In this document: one piece after another, positions 19,646 through 32,500 of the stretch
Layout: each line of letters starts with the position of its first letter
How positions within the stretch are numbered: position 1 is the first letter of the stretch
Source of the DNA: Macrostomum hystrix
Taxonomy: Eukaryota; Animalia; Platyhelminthes
DNA length: 64,000 nucleotides
Assembly: GCA_950097015.1 (NCBI GenBank)
Contig: CATNEN010000030.1
Location: forward strand, 1,364,001-1,428,000
Direction: 5' to 3'
Notes under the pieces: model-generated
What the model was told of the DNA's origin: nothing
Seen by the model: the letters and a program-made list of their open reading frames with translations, nothing else
Database searches by the model: none
Position numbers and translations under genes: made by a program

Positions 19646-20412
19646 GCATTCCTCCACTCTGAAGCCATCTGAACTCACCAGTTTCAGGTACAGCACAGAT
19701 GCAGCCCTGTAGGGTCTCGTCATGCTGATGGGTAGGAATCAGCCAGTAGAAGTTCAGGCCAGCACTCACGATCGACAAGGTTTAGTTTGCTCAGCACGGC
19801 AGCTTATATCGTATGCTCTGAATGCTTCCTGCGCCATTATTCAACAAAGATTCCTTCTAAATAGTTTCTACAAACAAATTTTCTATATTTGAGAGTCAGA
19901 TTAGTTAGAACACTATTTTCAAATATATAGATATGCCAATTCGCATTTCGATACTTTGAAAATGGCAGAATGGGTCAGGGGTTCGTCTGAAGCGGCGATT
20001 GTGGACAGAATGGAAAGAGTTGAAAGTTCTCAAAGGGTTGAGTTGACAACTCCCTCTTATCCCAAGCACTATAGCCAGGGTCCTCGAGTAGCTAAACTCT
20101 CCTACTATGGTGTGCAACTCTTCGCTCACCAACTATCACCTGCTCTCTAGCTAGGGAGGGACATTAGTCCGGGGGCAAATTGTATATGGGAGAAATGTCT
20201 GTGCCGTTCTGGTCCAATTGAAATTCGCCATCTCCGGGAATATGATATAGGTCAGGAGAGCTGAGACGGGGTAGGGCCGGACCTGAGTATTCAGAGAGAA
20301 TTTATTTTTACAATGTCAAATTTAACTAATCGACTCGAGCACTTAAAAGTGACGGCGCTCAATCTATCGAATGCATTTCACTCGTGTTGCATTGAGCTAT
20401 ATAATCAAACTT

Positions 20413-21926
20413 GTCTGTCAGGAGACTCTGACAGCTCTCTCACTCCGGTCTGTCAGGAGACTCTGACACCTCTCTCACTCCGGTCTGTCAGGAGACTCTG
20501 ACACCTCTCTCACTCCGGTCTGTCAGGAGACTCTGACAGCTCTCTCACTCCGGTCTGTCAGGAGACTCTGACAGCTCTCTCAATCCGGTCTGTCAGGAGA
20601 CTCTGACAGCTCTCTCACTCCGGTCTGTCAGGAGACTCTGACAGCTCTCTCAATCCGGTCTGTCAGGAGACTCTGACAGCTCTCTCAATCCGGTCTGTCA
20701 GGAGACTCTGACACCTCTCTCAATCCGGTCTGTCAGGAGACTCTGACAGCTCTCTCACTCCGGTCTGTCAGGAGACTCTGACAGCTCTCTCAATCCGGTC
20801 TGTCAGGAGACTCTGACAGCTCTCTCAATCCGGTCTGTCAGGAGACTCTGACAGCTCTCTCAATCCGGTCTGTCAGGAGACTCTGACAGCTCTCTCACTC
20901 CGGTCTGTCAGGAGACTCTGACAGCTCTCTCAATCCGGTCTGTCAGGAGACTCTGACAGCTCTCTCAATCCGGTCTGTCAGGAGACTCTGACAGCTCTCT
21001 CACTCCGGTCTGTCAGGAGACTCTGACAGCTCTCTCAATCCGGTCTGTCAGGAGACTCTGACAGCTCTCTCAATCCGGTCTGTCAGGAGACTCTGACAGC
21101 TCTCTCACTCCGGTCTGTCAGGAGACTCTGACAGCTCTCTCAATCCGGTCTGTCAGGAGACTCTGACAGCTCTCTCACTCCGGTCTGTCAGGAGACTCTG
21201 ACAGCTCTCTCACTCCGGTCTGTCAGGAGACTCTGACAGCTCTATCAATCCGGTCTGTCAGGAGACTCTGACAGCTCTATCGATCCGGTCTGTCAGGAGA
21301 CTCTGACAGCTCTCTCACTCCGGTCTGTCAGGAGACTCTGACAGCTCTCTCAATCCGGTCTGTCAGGAGACTCTGACACCTCTATCAATCCGGTCTGTCA
21401 GGAGACTCTGACAGCTCTATCAATCCGGTCTGTCAGGAGACTCTGACAGCTCTCTCACTCCGGTCTGTCAGGAGACTCTGACAGCTCTCTCAATCCGGTC
21501 TGTCAGGAGACTCTGACAGCTCTCTCAATCCGGTCTGTCAGGAGACTCTGACAGCTCTCTCAATCCGGTCTGTCAGGAGACTCTGACAGCTCTCTCAATC
21601 CGGTCTGTCAGGAGACTCTGACAGCTCTCTCAATCCGGTCTGTCAGGAGACTCTGACACCTCTCTCAATCCGGTCTGTCAGGAGACTCTGACACCTCTAT
21701 CAATCCGGTCTGTCAGGAGACTCTGACAGCTCTCTCACTCCGGTCTGTCAGGAGACTCTGACAGCTCTCTCAATCCGGTCTGTCAGGAGACTCTGACAGC
21801 TCTCTCAATCCGGTCTGTCAGGAGACTCTGACAGCTCTCTCAATCCGGTCTGTCAGGAGACTCTGACACCTCTCTTAATCCGGTCTGTCAGGAGACTCTG
21901 ACACCTCTCTTAATCCGGTCTGTCAG
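20413..21926. repeat. Minisatellite, 35-bp unit with internal hairpin CTGTCAG-N6-CTGACAG
   Basis: About 43 contiguous units, no spacers. Confidence 0.95.
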
Positions 21927-22384
21927 CATATTCTGCATTATCACCGAGGCTCTGGTCGGTTGAATTTTCGGATTAATAAACATGACAAAAAACGCATTTT
22001 AACTGTTTACTTATCAGTCGCTTGATGAAAAAGCAAGCTGTTTAAAGCGCAACGCCGCCTGGCATTTTAATGCAGCAATTTTTCTGCGAGTAGACAAACA
22101 TGAAAACAGGCAGATCAGATTGGACTAGAAGATAAGAAAAGCAAAGTTTTTGTTAACTGACATGTGAGCCTGACACTGATTAGTTTTTTAATACACCTTT
22201 CGTAGACACCTGCCTAGACAAATCAAAGTCTTGTCTCAGATACTAATAATTACGGTCGTGATTGCTATGGCAACTAGCCTAACATGGTTTGAGTTGGAGT
22301 TTACTAACAAAAACTAATAGGCAAACATTTTTAGATAAAAATGTTCTGATATTGAGGCTAGCAACTCGAAAACAGAGACACTGG

Positions 22385-22770
22385 CAGGATGGGATCGGAT
22401 TGGGGTGAGATGGGATTTGAGATTGGGGTGGGTGGGATTTTAAATTGGGTGGGGTGGGATTTGAGATTGAGGGAGTGGGATTTGATATTGGGGTGACGTA
22501 GGATTTGAGATTAGGGTGGGTAGGATTTGAGATTGGGGTGGGTAGGATTTGAGATTAGGGTGGGGTGGAATTTGAGATTGGGGTGAAGAAGGATTTAAGA
22601 TTGGGGTGGGTGGGATTTAAGATTGGGGTGAGGTAGGATTTGAGATTGGGGTGAGGTAGAATTTGAGATTGGGGTGAGGAAGGATTTGAGATTGGGGTGC
22701 GTAGGATTAGAGATTAGGGTGGGGTGGGATTTAAGATTGGGGTGGGTGGGATTAGGGATAGTAGTGAGAT
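22385..22770. repeat. G-rich degenerate repeat, about 22-bp unit (GATTTGAGATTGGGGTGGGTGG)
   Basis: Direct tandem repetition. Confidence 0.85.
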
Positions 22771-23139
22771 GGGTTCTGAGGCTCGAGAACTTTTTAAGCA
22801 TGAAAACAAACCAAGTTTTTCAGAAAAGTGGAGCTCGTTTAATTGAATAAATTAATAAATTCAATAAGTAGAGAATTAGTCATAAACGTCAGTTCACATA
22901 TACTAATTAAAGTAGAACAGGCGGGTACAAAAAACTTTAGCCAGGCATTTGCGCACGCTGATTGTGTATGTGTGACGTCACTTGCGCTAAATAGCTCGTA
23001 GACAGGTGTTAGCTGTCATTTGTGCCTATTTTTAGACTGCGGTGCGGGAAACCCCATTCGATTGAATTGAAGCACGCGACTGTAGCCAATAGAAATTATG
23101 CGACATCAGCAACAATTAGGATTTACTAAGTTGAGGCTG

Positions 23140-23548
23140 TCAATTTAGCCTTGGGAAGAGATACTGCAGAGACGGCAAGCCGAAGTTGAACGCCGATATG
23201 CTGATGTACACATTGAAGGTTGTCTGGAAGATTGGCGTCGCACTCTGGTCAGGCGTGCGGTAGCAGTGCACCCGAATCTTCATGTCGTACATCTTGCCCA
23301 GCTTCCCAGCCAACTCGTTGGTGGTCCTGACGATTGTCACCCGGCCTTGGTTGCTGCGAATGTCGAACGGCGTGTCCTCGGATTTGTCCAGCAGGCGGTA
23401 GACGCAGTGGCGCAGGTTGGCATTGTGGGTGTCAATGATGCGCATTGTGAACTCCGGGTGCTTCGGCAGCACGTTGACCACGATGAATTTCACTCGGTCC
23501 CCGTTGGCGCACTGGGTGTCGCCTGGTGGGCAGCGGACGGCGCAGACT
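23140..23548 (-). CDS. HMCN1: Hemicentin last exon (fibulin C-terminal module, stop TGA)
   Basis: RVCAVRC...[12 protein letters not shown]; phase-2 acceptor. Confidence 0.85.
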
Positions 23549-26500
23549 CTGGCGGATGGGGAGTAAGAGGAGATTTTCAAGACACAAAGAGCTTTTGCGG
23601 CACATTAGTGAAGGGATTTTAGCCGATTTTCGGGGAGATTTGAGGTGGACCGGAGCGGATTCGGAGGGAGATTGGGGAGAGGATTTTAGGGCAATTAGGG
23701 AGAGGATCTGATGGATACTAGGGAGGCGATTCGAGGGAGATTAGGGGCAGATTAGAGGGAGATTAGGGAGAGAATTTACAAAATATAAGATAGCGATTAT
23801 AAGGGAGATTATAGAGCGGATCAGAATGAGATTAGGCAGAGGAGTCGAGTATCTGTCAATACCTCTGACGAGCATCATAATAGTAGCCAACTGGGCAACG
23901 AATGACGCGACACTCGAAACTGCCGATGGTGTTCAGGCACTGCTGGTCGCCGGGACACGGACTTCTCGCAGCGTTGCACTCGTTGACATCTTCGCAACGC
24001 CCGGTTGCCATGGCAACAGTGTAACCCGCTGGACAGACGCATTCGAAGTCGCCGGCTGCGGTGTCTCTGCAGCTGGCCTGGCAGGTGTGCCCGAACTCGA
24101 CGCAGGTGCGGCGCGGCGTCTCAGCTGCGGTGCATTTTAATAAATTAATAACCTTTTCACACATCTCACCTCACTCTGTCTACCTCTCATCCCTGAACAG
24201 TCTACCACTCACACCTGAACAGTCAGTCTACCTCTCACCCCTGAACAGTCAGTCTACCTCTCACCCTGAACAGTCTACCTCTCACCCCTGAACAGTCTAC
24301 CTCTCACCCTTGATTACAATAGATCTCTCCCCCCGCCTACCCAATAATTATCGTCCACCCACCTGCGCAGGTGCGTCCGTCCTCACGCAGCCGGAAGCCG
24401 GCGGAGCAGGAGCACACGAAGGAGCCGAAGGTGTTTCGGCACAGCTGATCGCAAATGCTTGGCGACTCGCTGCATTCGTTGATGTCTGATTAAGGCGCGG
24501 GAAAAGAAAGTTCTAGGCTAGCAATCCATTCTGTTCAGGCATTCACAGCCTAGGGTAGGCTAGCAATCCATTCTGTTCAGTCATTCACAGCCTAGGGTAG
24601 GCTAGCAATCCATTCTGTTCAGTCATTCACAGCCTAGGGTAGGCTAGCAATCCATTCTGTTCAGTCATTCACAGCCTAGGCTAGGCTAGCAATCCATTCT
24701 GTTCAGTCATCCACAGCCTAGTCTAGGCTAGCAATCCATTCTGTTCAGGCATTCACAGCCTAGGGTAGGCTAGCAATCCATTCTGTTCAGGCATTCACAG
24801 CCTAGGCTAGGCTAGCAATCCATTCTGTTCAGTCATCCACAGCCTAGTCTAGGCTAGCAATCCATTCTGTTCAGGCATTCACAGCCTAGGGTAGGCTAGC
24901 AATCCATTCTGTTCAGTCATCCACAGCCTAGTCTAGGCTAGCAATCCATTCTGTTCAGGCATTCACAGCCTAGGGTAGGCTAGCAATCCATTCTGTTCAG
25001 GCATTCACAGCCTAGGGTAGGCTAGCAATCCATTCTGTTCAGGCATTCACAGCCTAGTCTAGGCTAGCAATCCATTCTGTTCAGGCATTCACAGCCTAGG
25101 CTAGGCTAGCAATCCATTCTGTTCAGTCATTCACAGCCTAGTCTAGGCTAGCAATCCATTCTGTTCAGGCATTCACAGCCTAGGGTAGGCTAGCAATCCA
25201 TTCTGTTCAGTTATTCACAGCCTAGGCTAGGCTAGCAATCCATTCTGTTCAGGCATTCACAGCCTAGGGTAGGCTAGCAATCCATTCTGTTCAGTCATCC
25301 ACAGCCTAGGCTAGGCTAGCAATCCACTTGGCATTCAGCAGTAAAATGGGTCATCAGCTCACCGTCGCAAGAGACTCCGTCCGAAGCTGGTCGAGTGCCC
25401 GGGCGGCAGCGGTCAGCGCACCGATAGTCGCCAGGTAGGTTGACGCATCTTTGACCGGCGGACGAGCACCTGTCGGCTGCGGCCGTGGCGCACTCGTCGA
25501 TATCCTCGCAGGTGCGTCGGTCGGAGGCCAGTCGGTAGCCGGGTAGGCAGTCGCACAGGTAGCCCGCCACGGTATTGACGCAGCGCTGCTGGCAAGCATC
25601 GGGCAACTCGAGGCACTCGTTCCGATCGACGCAGTGGCCACCGCTGGGCGCCACTCTGAACCCGACGCCGCAGCCATCGGGCCCGCCGGCGTCGGTCTTG
25701 GCCACCAGGGCGTTGGCCTGGAATGCCAGGCGCCCGTCGGTGCCAGCCGCTGGCAAAACCTGTACAGAGATGTCGTCAGTCAGCAGTCGCTGCACCGAGT
25801 AGGTCTGAGTTCGCCCACTGCCGTAGCTGACACTGGCATTCCAGTAGATCGGCAGCACCGTCTCGGATGTCGGCAGCTGAAGCGAGGCGGTGGCGCTGGC
25901 ATAGAGTCGGCCCGGCTCCAGCTGAGTGACGGTCTCCGTGTAGCCCGGCTGGCTGGTGTTGCCAATGGCAACCGCTGACGATGCCGACGATAATTCAGGC
26001 GGGCAGGCGCCCTCGACTGTGATGGCGACCACCTGCTGCCTGTGAATGGGGTTTGTTTATTCGCAGAATCGGAGCCTGGCCTTTGATGCCAATCCAACCT
26101 AAGCCCGGATCCGGAATATTCTTACCTGACGGAGTCCAGCACGAAGCTCGAGACGGTGATTCGAACCGAGTGCGCAGCGCCGCTTCCAAGCTGAACGTCC
26201 GTGACGCGTTTGAAGACTCCGCCTGTCACGCCGGCGCCGTTGGTGGCTCCGGCCACCTGGTAGGCTTGAGTCCACAGCACCGGGCCGAACACCTGGCCAG
26301 CCAGGTGGCGCAGGCAGCCGACTGCAAAGTCGGGCAGGTTCTCAGCGCCAACGCTGATCCAGTAGTCGGTGCGCTTGTTGACAGTCCGGTGGCCGCCTGT
26401 GAAGCCGGCGATGCCAAAAGAGCGATTCGACAGTCTGCCCTCAAGCGTGCCAGTGACCGTCACGACTGTTCCGTTCGAGTGTCCGTCGCCTCCGCCGACG

Positions 26501-29500
26501 CTGATGCCGCTGCCACCGCCGCAGTTGCCCCGACAACCGGTCGTTTCGACTGACGGGCCGCGGCAGAATAATCCGATGTTGCAGCTGCGACTTCGTAGCT
26601 TCTCGCCCAAACGACCGCAGGCCTCGGCCGAGCAGGGTCCCCAGTCGGACCAGGGGCCCCAGTCGCAGGGCTCCAGACTGCAGGCGCGCTTCTCCAGATC
26701 GGCACCGACGCAGGTGCGGCCGCCGTGCCGGGCCTCGCTACAGATTCTTACGCGGCTCTGCTCGCCTCCGTCGCAGCTGACAGAACAGGCGGACCAGGCG
26801 GTCCAGTCCGACCAGGTGCCGTGCTGCGGGCACGGACCGGCGTTGCAGGCCTCCGACTGGCTGCCGGCTGGGTCGCCGCCGTCGCAGAGAGCTGGCGGCA
26901 GACGGCCAGACGAAGAGTCGAGACAGTCGCGATGCCTTGTCCGTTGGCCACCACCGCAGCTGAGCGAGCAGGCGCTCCATTGGCCCCAGTCGGCCCAGGA
27001 GCCTCCGCTTGGTCCGCCACCGCCACCGCCGCTTCCGCTGCCGTCCTCGCAGGCTGGCAGGCCGTCGCAGGCGCGGTACTCGGCGTCGGACCCAGGACAA
27101 TGGCGGCCGCCGGCCCGCGGGCTGGGGCTGTCGCAGCGTCGACGCCTGGACTGGAAGGCGACGCCACCGCAGCTGCGATCGCAGGCGGACCAGGCGGCTG
27201 ACCAGGCGGACCAGGCGCCGTCTAGCGGGCAGTCGGGACCGCCGCATGGCCGTATCTCCGTGGCGCTGCCGTCGCAAGGCCGGCCGTCGTACTGAGCTGG
27301 CGGGTTGTCACAACTGCCTCAGCAAATAATTGAGTTTCGGGGGAGATTTTGAGTCGCTAGTACGCGCTAGCTCGGGAGTTCGAATCTCACGGGAGGGTAG
27401 GTTAAGTTCACCTAGAAATAAATGGGTAACAGCATTAGCTGTGGTAGGGGGTGAGTGGCAGAGCGGTTAACGTGTTTGCCTCTCGCACCAAGTTTCCTGA
27501 GCTCGATTCCACGGCGAGGCCACATTACATTTGGGGCGCAGCCGTGGAGAGAAGGCTTGGGGGCTTGTGATGCAATTCACGCACTTGAGGGCCAACCTCC
27601 AAAGCACAGTGAAATGTACACTGTCTGACAATGAGAAAGTCAGGGCAGATGTACACACCTGTGAGAGCGTGTGCCTACGTACAGTATCTGTGTTCGTGTG
27701 TGCTCAGGAGTCAGCGAAATGGGCAGAATTGCCTCCTCGCTGGCGGCGGGTCTAGGGTCACCAAATCATTTGACATTGCCCGCAGCCCTCCTGCAATTAT
27801 TATTATCATCGGCACAGTGCTACTGTCAGTAGAGTAGAACGAACAGTAAGGCAAATAATATTGTGCAGACCCACCGTCTCTGTCGGAGCTGCACCCCGAG
27901 TCCGCAGGAGGCGCTGCAGTGCTCCCAGTCGCCCCAACGGCTCCAGCCAGCATCGATCGGGCAGAAGCCGCTGAGGCAGCGCAGCGTCTCTTGGACTGGG
28001 CCGGTGCAGAATCTGCCGCCGTTAGCCGGCGCCGGATTGTCGCAGCGGCGCTGCCGGAGCCGGACGCCGGAGCCGCAGCTGACGCTGCAGCCGCTCCACT
28101 GGCTCCAATCTGAGAAGCCGCCGTCGATGTAGATCTTGACGCCGGCAGCGTGCGACTCCACGGAGCCGAGTCGGTTCTCGGCTACGCACTGGTACACTCC
28201 GGAATCTGACACCTTGGCAACCAGGATGGTCAGAGAGCCGTTGGCGTGACGCAGGTGTCGATCGGTGTACACCACCTGGCTGGAGTCTTTCAGCCATGAC
28301 AGGCTCGGCAACGGGGTGCCTTTGGCGCGGCACTCCAGGAGGACTCGATCGCCTGAAGCGGCCGCTGTGTCAGCCGGCTCGTGTGTAAAAAACGGCTTGG
28401 TCCACACCTGGACCAGAACCCTGCCCTTGGCGTCTCCGCCCGGATTCATGGCCACGCAGGTGTACATGCCGGCGTCCAGTTTCTGCGGCGGTTGTTGGTG
28501 AATTGCGGGCTTTTGTGTTTAGGGTGAAACTAGAATGCGGCTTGTTGCACTTTTTGGCTGCATTTTTGGCGGCTTGCGTTTTTTTTTGTTTTGTTTGTAT
28601 CGTTGGTTTGTAGCTGGTGTGTTGTTGGTGTGTTGTTGGTTTGTAGCTGGTGTGCTGCTGGTGTGTTGTTGGTGTGTCGTTGGTGTGCTGTTTGTGTGTT
28701 GTTGGTGTGTTCTTATGTTTTCGTTGGGTCTTTGGTTGGTTTTCGGTGTGTTAATGCACGCACCGTGGCCTGGTAGATGATCAAGGTTCCATTCTTGGCG
28801 TTAACAACGCGAGAAGACTCGATCAACTGCTGGCCATTTTTAATCCACAGTATCCTGGAATAGCTGCCCTTCACCAGGCAGGTCAGGGTGAGGGTCGAGT
28901 GCTCGGTTACTGGCGCGTCCGACTGCAGGATGCTCAGCACCTCGGGCGCGGCTGCGACAAAGGAGGGACGATTTGGGGAATTAGTTAGAAAATGAATAAA
29001 AAAACTATTTGTAAACTGTTTTAGATCAATGAATAATCTATACTGAATCTACTGGAATAATTTGGAAATCAGCTCAAGCGGCGAACTCACGCAGAACTCG
29101 CACATTGGCTACTACTCTGCGCTTGACCCCATTCTCATTAGCCGCCTCGCATTCGTACAGGCCGGCATCCGCATGACCCAGGTGGTACTCCAGGTAATTG
29201 CTGATGCCGTCAATATTGGTCTCTGTCCGTTTCTGAGTGCCATTGTGGTACCAGACAATGCGGGGCGTGGGCTTGCCGCTGGATCGGCAGGTCAACTGCA
29301 TCCAGGTGTTGGCGTAGAAGTTGAAGAATGGCGCCGAGGCCTGGTTGATCTCCGGCCCGCTGACCTCCGTGTCGATGATCTCCGGCGGTATGAAGGTGCG
29401 CACGTAGATCTCTGCGGTCCCCTTGCCGGCCTTGTTATCGGCCTGGCAGATGTACCGACCCTCGTCGTCCTGGCGAACTCCGACTATTTTTAGATTTGAG

Positions 29501-32500
29501 CCGAGCAAGACGAAGCGAGGCGAGGAGCGGACGAGGTCGACGCCGTCACGACGCCAGGAGACGGTCGGGTGGGGCGTGCCGCGCACTTCGCAGCCTAGAA
29601 CTTCGTCTTTCGGAGTTCCAGGCGTCAGGACGATGGTCAGGAAACGGTCGGACACGTTTGCTGTTGGCTTCTCTGCGGGCCGGGGACGAAGAATTCAAGT
29701 ATCAGAAATTGTATATGGATTTTGGATTTGAAGGACCGGAAGTGGAACAAGGATGTAGTATTTGAAGGAACGGAAGCGGAACAAGGATGTAGTATTTGAA
29801 GGACCGGAAGTGGAACAAGGATGTAGTATTTGAAGGAACGGAAGCGGAAAAAGGATGTAGTATTTGAAGGACCGGAAGTGGAACAAGGATGTAGTATTTG
29901 AAGGACCGGAAGTGGAACAAGGATGTAGTATTTGATGGACCAGAAGTGGAACAAGGATGTAGGATTTGAAGGATTGGAAGCGGAACAAGGATGTAGGATT
30001 TGATGGACCGGAAGCGGAACAAGGATGTAGGATTTGATGGACCGGAAGTGGAACAAGGATGTAGGATTTGATGGACCGGAAGTGGAACAAGGATGTAGGA
30101 TTTGAAGGACCGAAAGTGAAACAAGGATGTAGTATTTGAAGGACCGGAAGTGGAACAAGGATGTAGTATTTGAAAGACCGGAAGTGGAACAAGGATGTAG
30201 TATTTGATGGACCAGAAGTGGAACAAGGATGTAGGATTTGAAGGATTGGAAGCGGAACAAGGATGTAGGATTTGATGGACCGGAAGCGGAACAAGGATGT
30301 AGGATTTGATGGACCGGAAGTGGAACAAGGATGTAGGATTTGATGAACCGGAAGTGGAACAAGGATGTAGGATTTGAAGGACCGAAAGTGAAACAAGGAT
30401 GTAGGATTTGATGGACCGGAAGCGGAACAAGGATGTAGGATTTGAAGGACCGGAAGTGGAACAAGGATGTAGGATTTGAAGGATCGGAAGTGGAACAAGG
30501 ATGTAGGATTTGAAGGACCGAAAGTGGAACAAGGATGTAGGATTTGATGGATCGGAAGCGGAACAAGGATGTAGGATTTGATGGACCGGAAGTGGAACAA
30601 GGATGTAGGATTTGAAGGATCGGAAGTGGAACAAGGATGTAGGATTTGAAGGACCGAAAGTGGAACAAGGATGTAGGATTTGATGGATCAGAAGCGGAAC
30701 AAGGATGTAGGATTTGATGGACCGGAAGTGGAACAAGGATGTAGGATTTGAAGGACCGGAAGTGGAACAAGGATGTAGTATTTGAAGGACCGGAAGTGGA
30801 ACAAGGATGTAGTATTTGAAGGATCGGAAGTGGAACAAGGATGTAGGATTTGAAGGATTGGAAGTGGAACAAGGATGTAGGATTTGATGGACCAGAAGTG
30901 GAACAAGGATGTAGGATTTGATGGACCAGAAGTGGAACAAGGATGTAGGATTTGAAGGATTGGAAGTGGAACAAGGATGTAGGATTTGATGGACCGGAAG
31001 CGGAACAAGGATGTAGGATTTGATGGACCGGAAGTGGAACAAGGATGTAGGATTTGATGGACCGGAAGTGGAACAAGGATGTAGGATTTGAAGGACCGAA
31101 AGTGAAACAAGGATGTAGTATTTGAAGGACCGGAAGTGGAACAAGGATGTAGTATTTGAAAGACCGGAAGTGGAACAAGGATGTAGTATTTGATGGACCA
31201 GAAGTGGAACAAGGATGTAGGATTTGAAGGATTGGAAGCGGAACAAGGATGTAGGATTTGATGGACCGGAAGCGGAACAAGGATGTAGGATTTGATGGAC
31301 CGGAAGTGGAACAAGGATGTAGGATTTGATGAACCGGAAGTGGAACAAGGATGTAGGATTTGAAGGACCGAAAGTGAAACAAGGATGTAGGATTTGATGG
31401 ACCGGAAGCGGAACAAGGATGTAGGATTTGAAGGACCGGAAGTGGAACAAGGATGTAGGATTTGAAGGATTGGAAGTGGAACAAGGATGTAGGATTTGAA
31501 GGACCGAAAGTGGAACAAGGATGTAGGATTTGATGGATCGGAAGCGGAACAAGGATGTAGGATTTGATGGACCGGAAGTGGAACAAGGATGTAGGATTTG
31601 AAGGATCGGAAGTGGAACAAGGATGTAGGATTTGAAGGACCGAAAGTGGAACAAGGATGTAGGATTTGATGGATCAGAAGCGGAACAAGGATGTAGGATT
31701 TGATGGACCGGAAGTGGAACAAGGATGTAGGATTTGATGGACCGGAAGTGGAACAAGGATGTAGTATTTGAAGGACCGGAAGTGGAACAAGGATGTAGTA
31801 TTTGAAGGATCGGAAGTGGAACAAGGATGTAGGATTTGAAGGATTGGAAGTGGAACAAGGATGTAGGATTTGATGGACCGGAAGTGGAACAAGGATGTAG
31901 GATTTGATGGACCAGAAGTGGAACAAGGATGTAGGATTTGAAGGATTGGAAGCGGAACAAGGATGTAGGATTTGATGGACCGGAAGCGGAACAAGGATGT
32001 AGGATTTGATGGACCGGAAGTGGAACAAGGATGTAGGATTTGAAGGACCGGAAGTGGAACAAGGATGTAGGATTTGAAGGACCGAAAGTGGAACAAGGAT
32101 GTAGGATTTGATGGACCGGAAGCGGAACAAGGATGTAGGATTTGATGGACCGGAAGCGGAACAAGGATGTAGGATTTGAAGGACCGGAAGCGGAACAAGG
32201 ATGTAGGATTTGATGGATCGGAAGCGGAACAAGGATGTAGGATTTGAAGGATCGGAAGTGGAACAAGGATGTAGGATTTGAAGGACCGGAAGTGGAACAA
32301 GGATGTAGTATTTGAAGGATCAGAAGCGGAACAAGGATGTAGGATTTGATGGACCGGAAGTGGAACAAGGATGTAGGATTTGATGGACCGGAAGCGGAAC
32401 AAGGATGTAGGATTTGATGGACCGGAAGCGGAACAAGGATGTAGGATTTGATGGATCGGAAGCGGAACAAGGATGTAGGATTTGATGGACCGGAAGTGGA

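Noticed and set aside
20413-21926. CRISPR-like array of 35-bp palindromic repeats (also the 34-bp array at 53245-55360)
   Set aside because: Units are contiguous with no unique spacers, there are no cas genes, and the context is eukaryotic.
26053-27329. Plus-strand and alternative-frame ORFs (e.g. 308 aa at 26369)
   Set aside because: Shadows of the GC-rich TSP1/G2F hemicentin exon.
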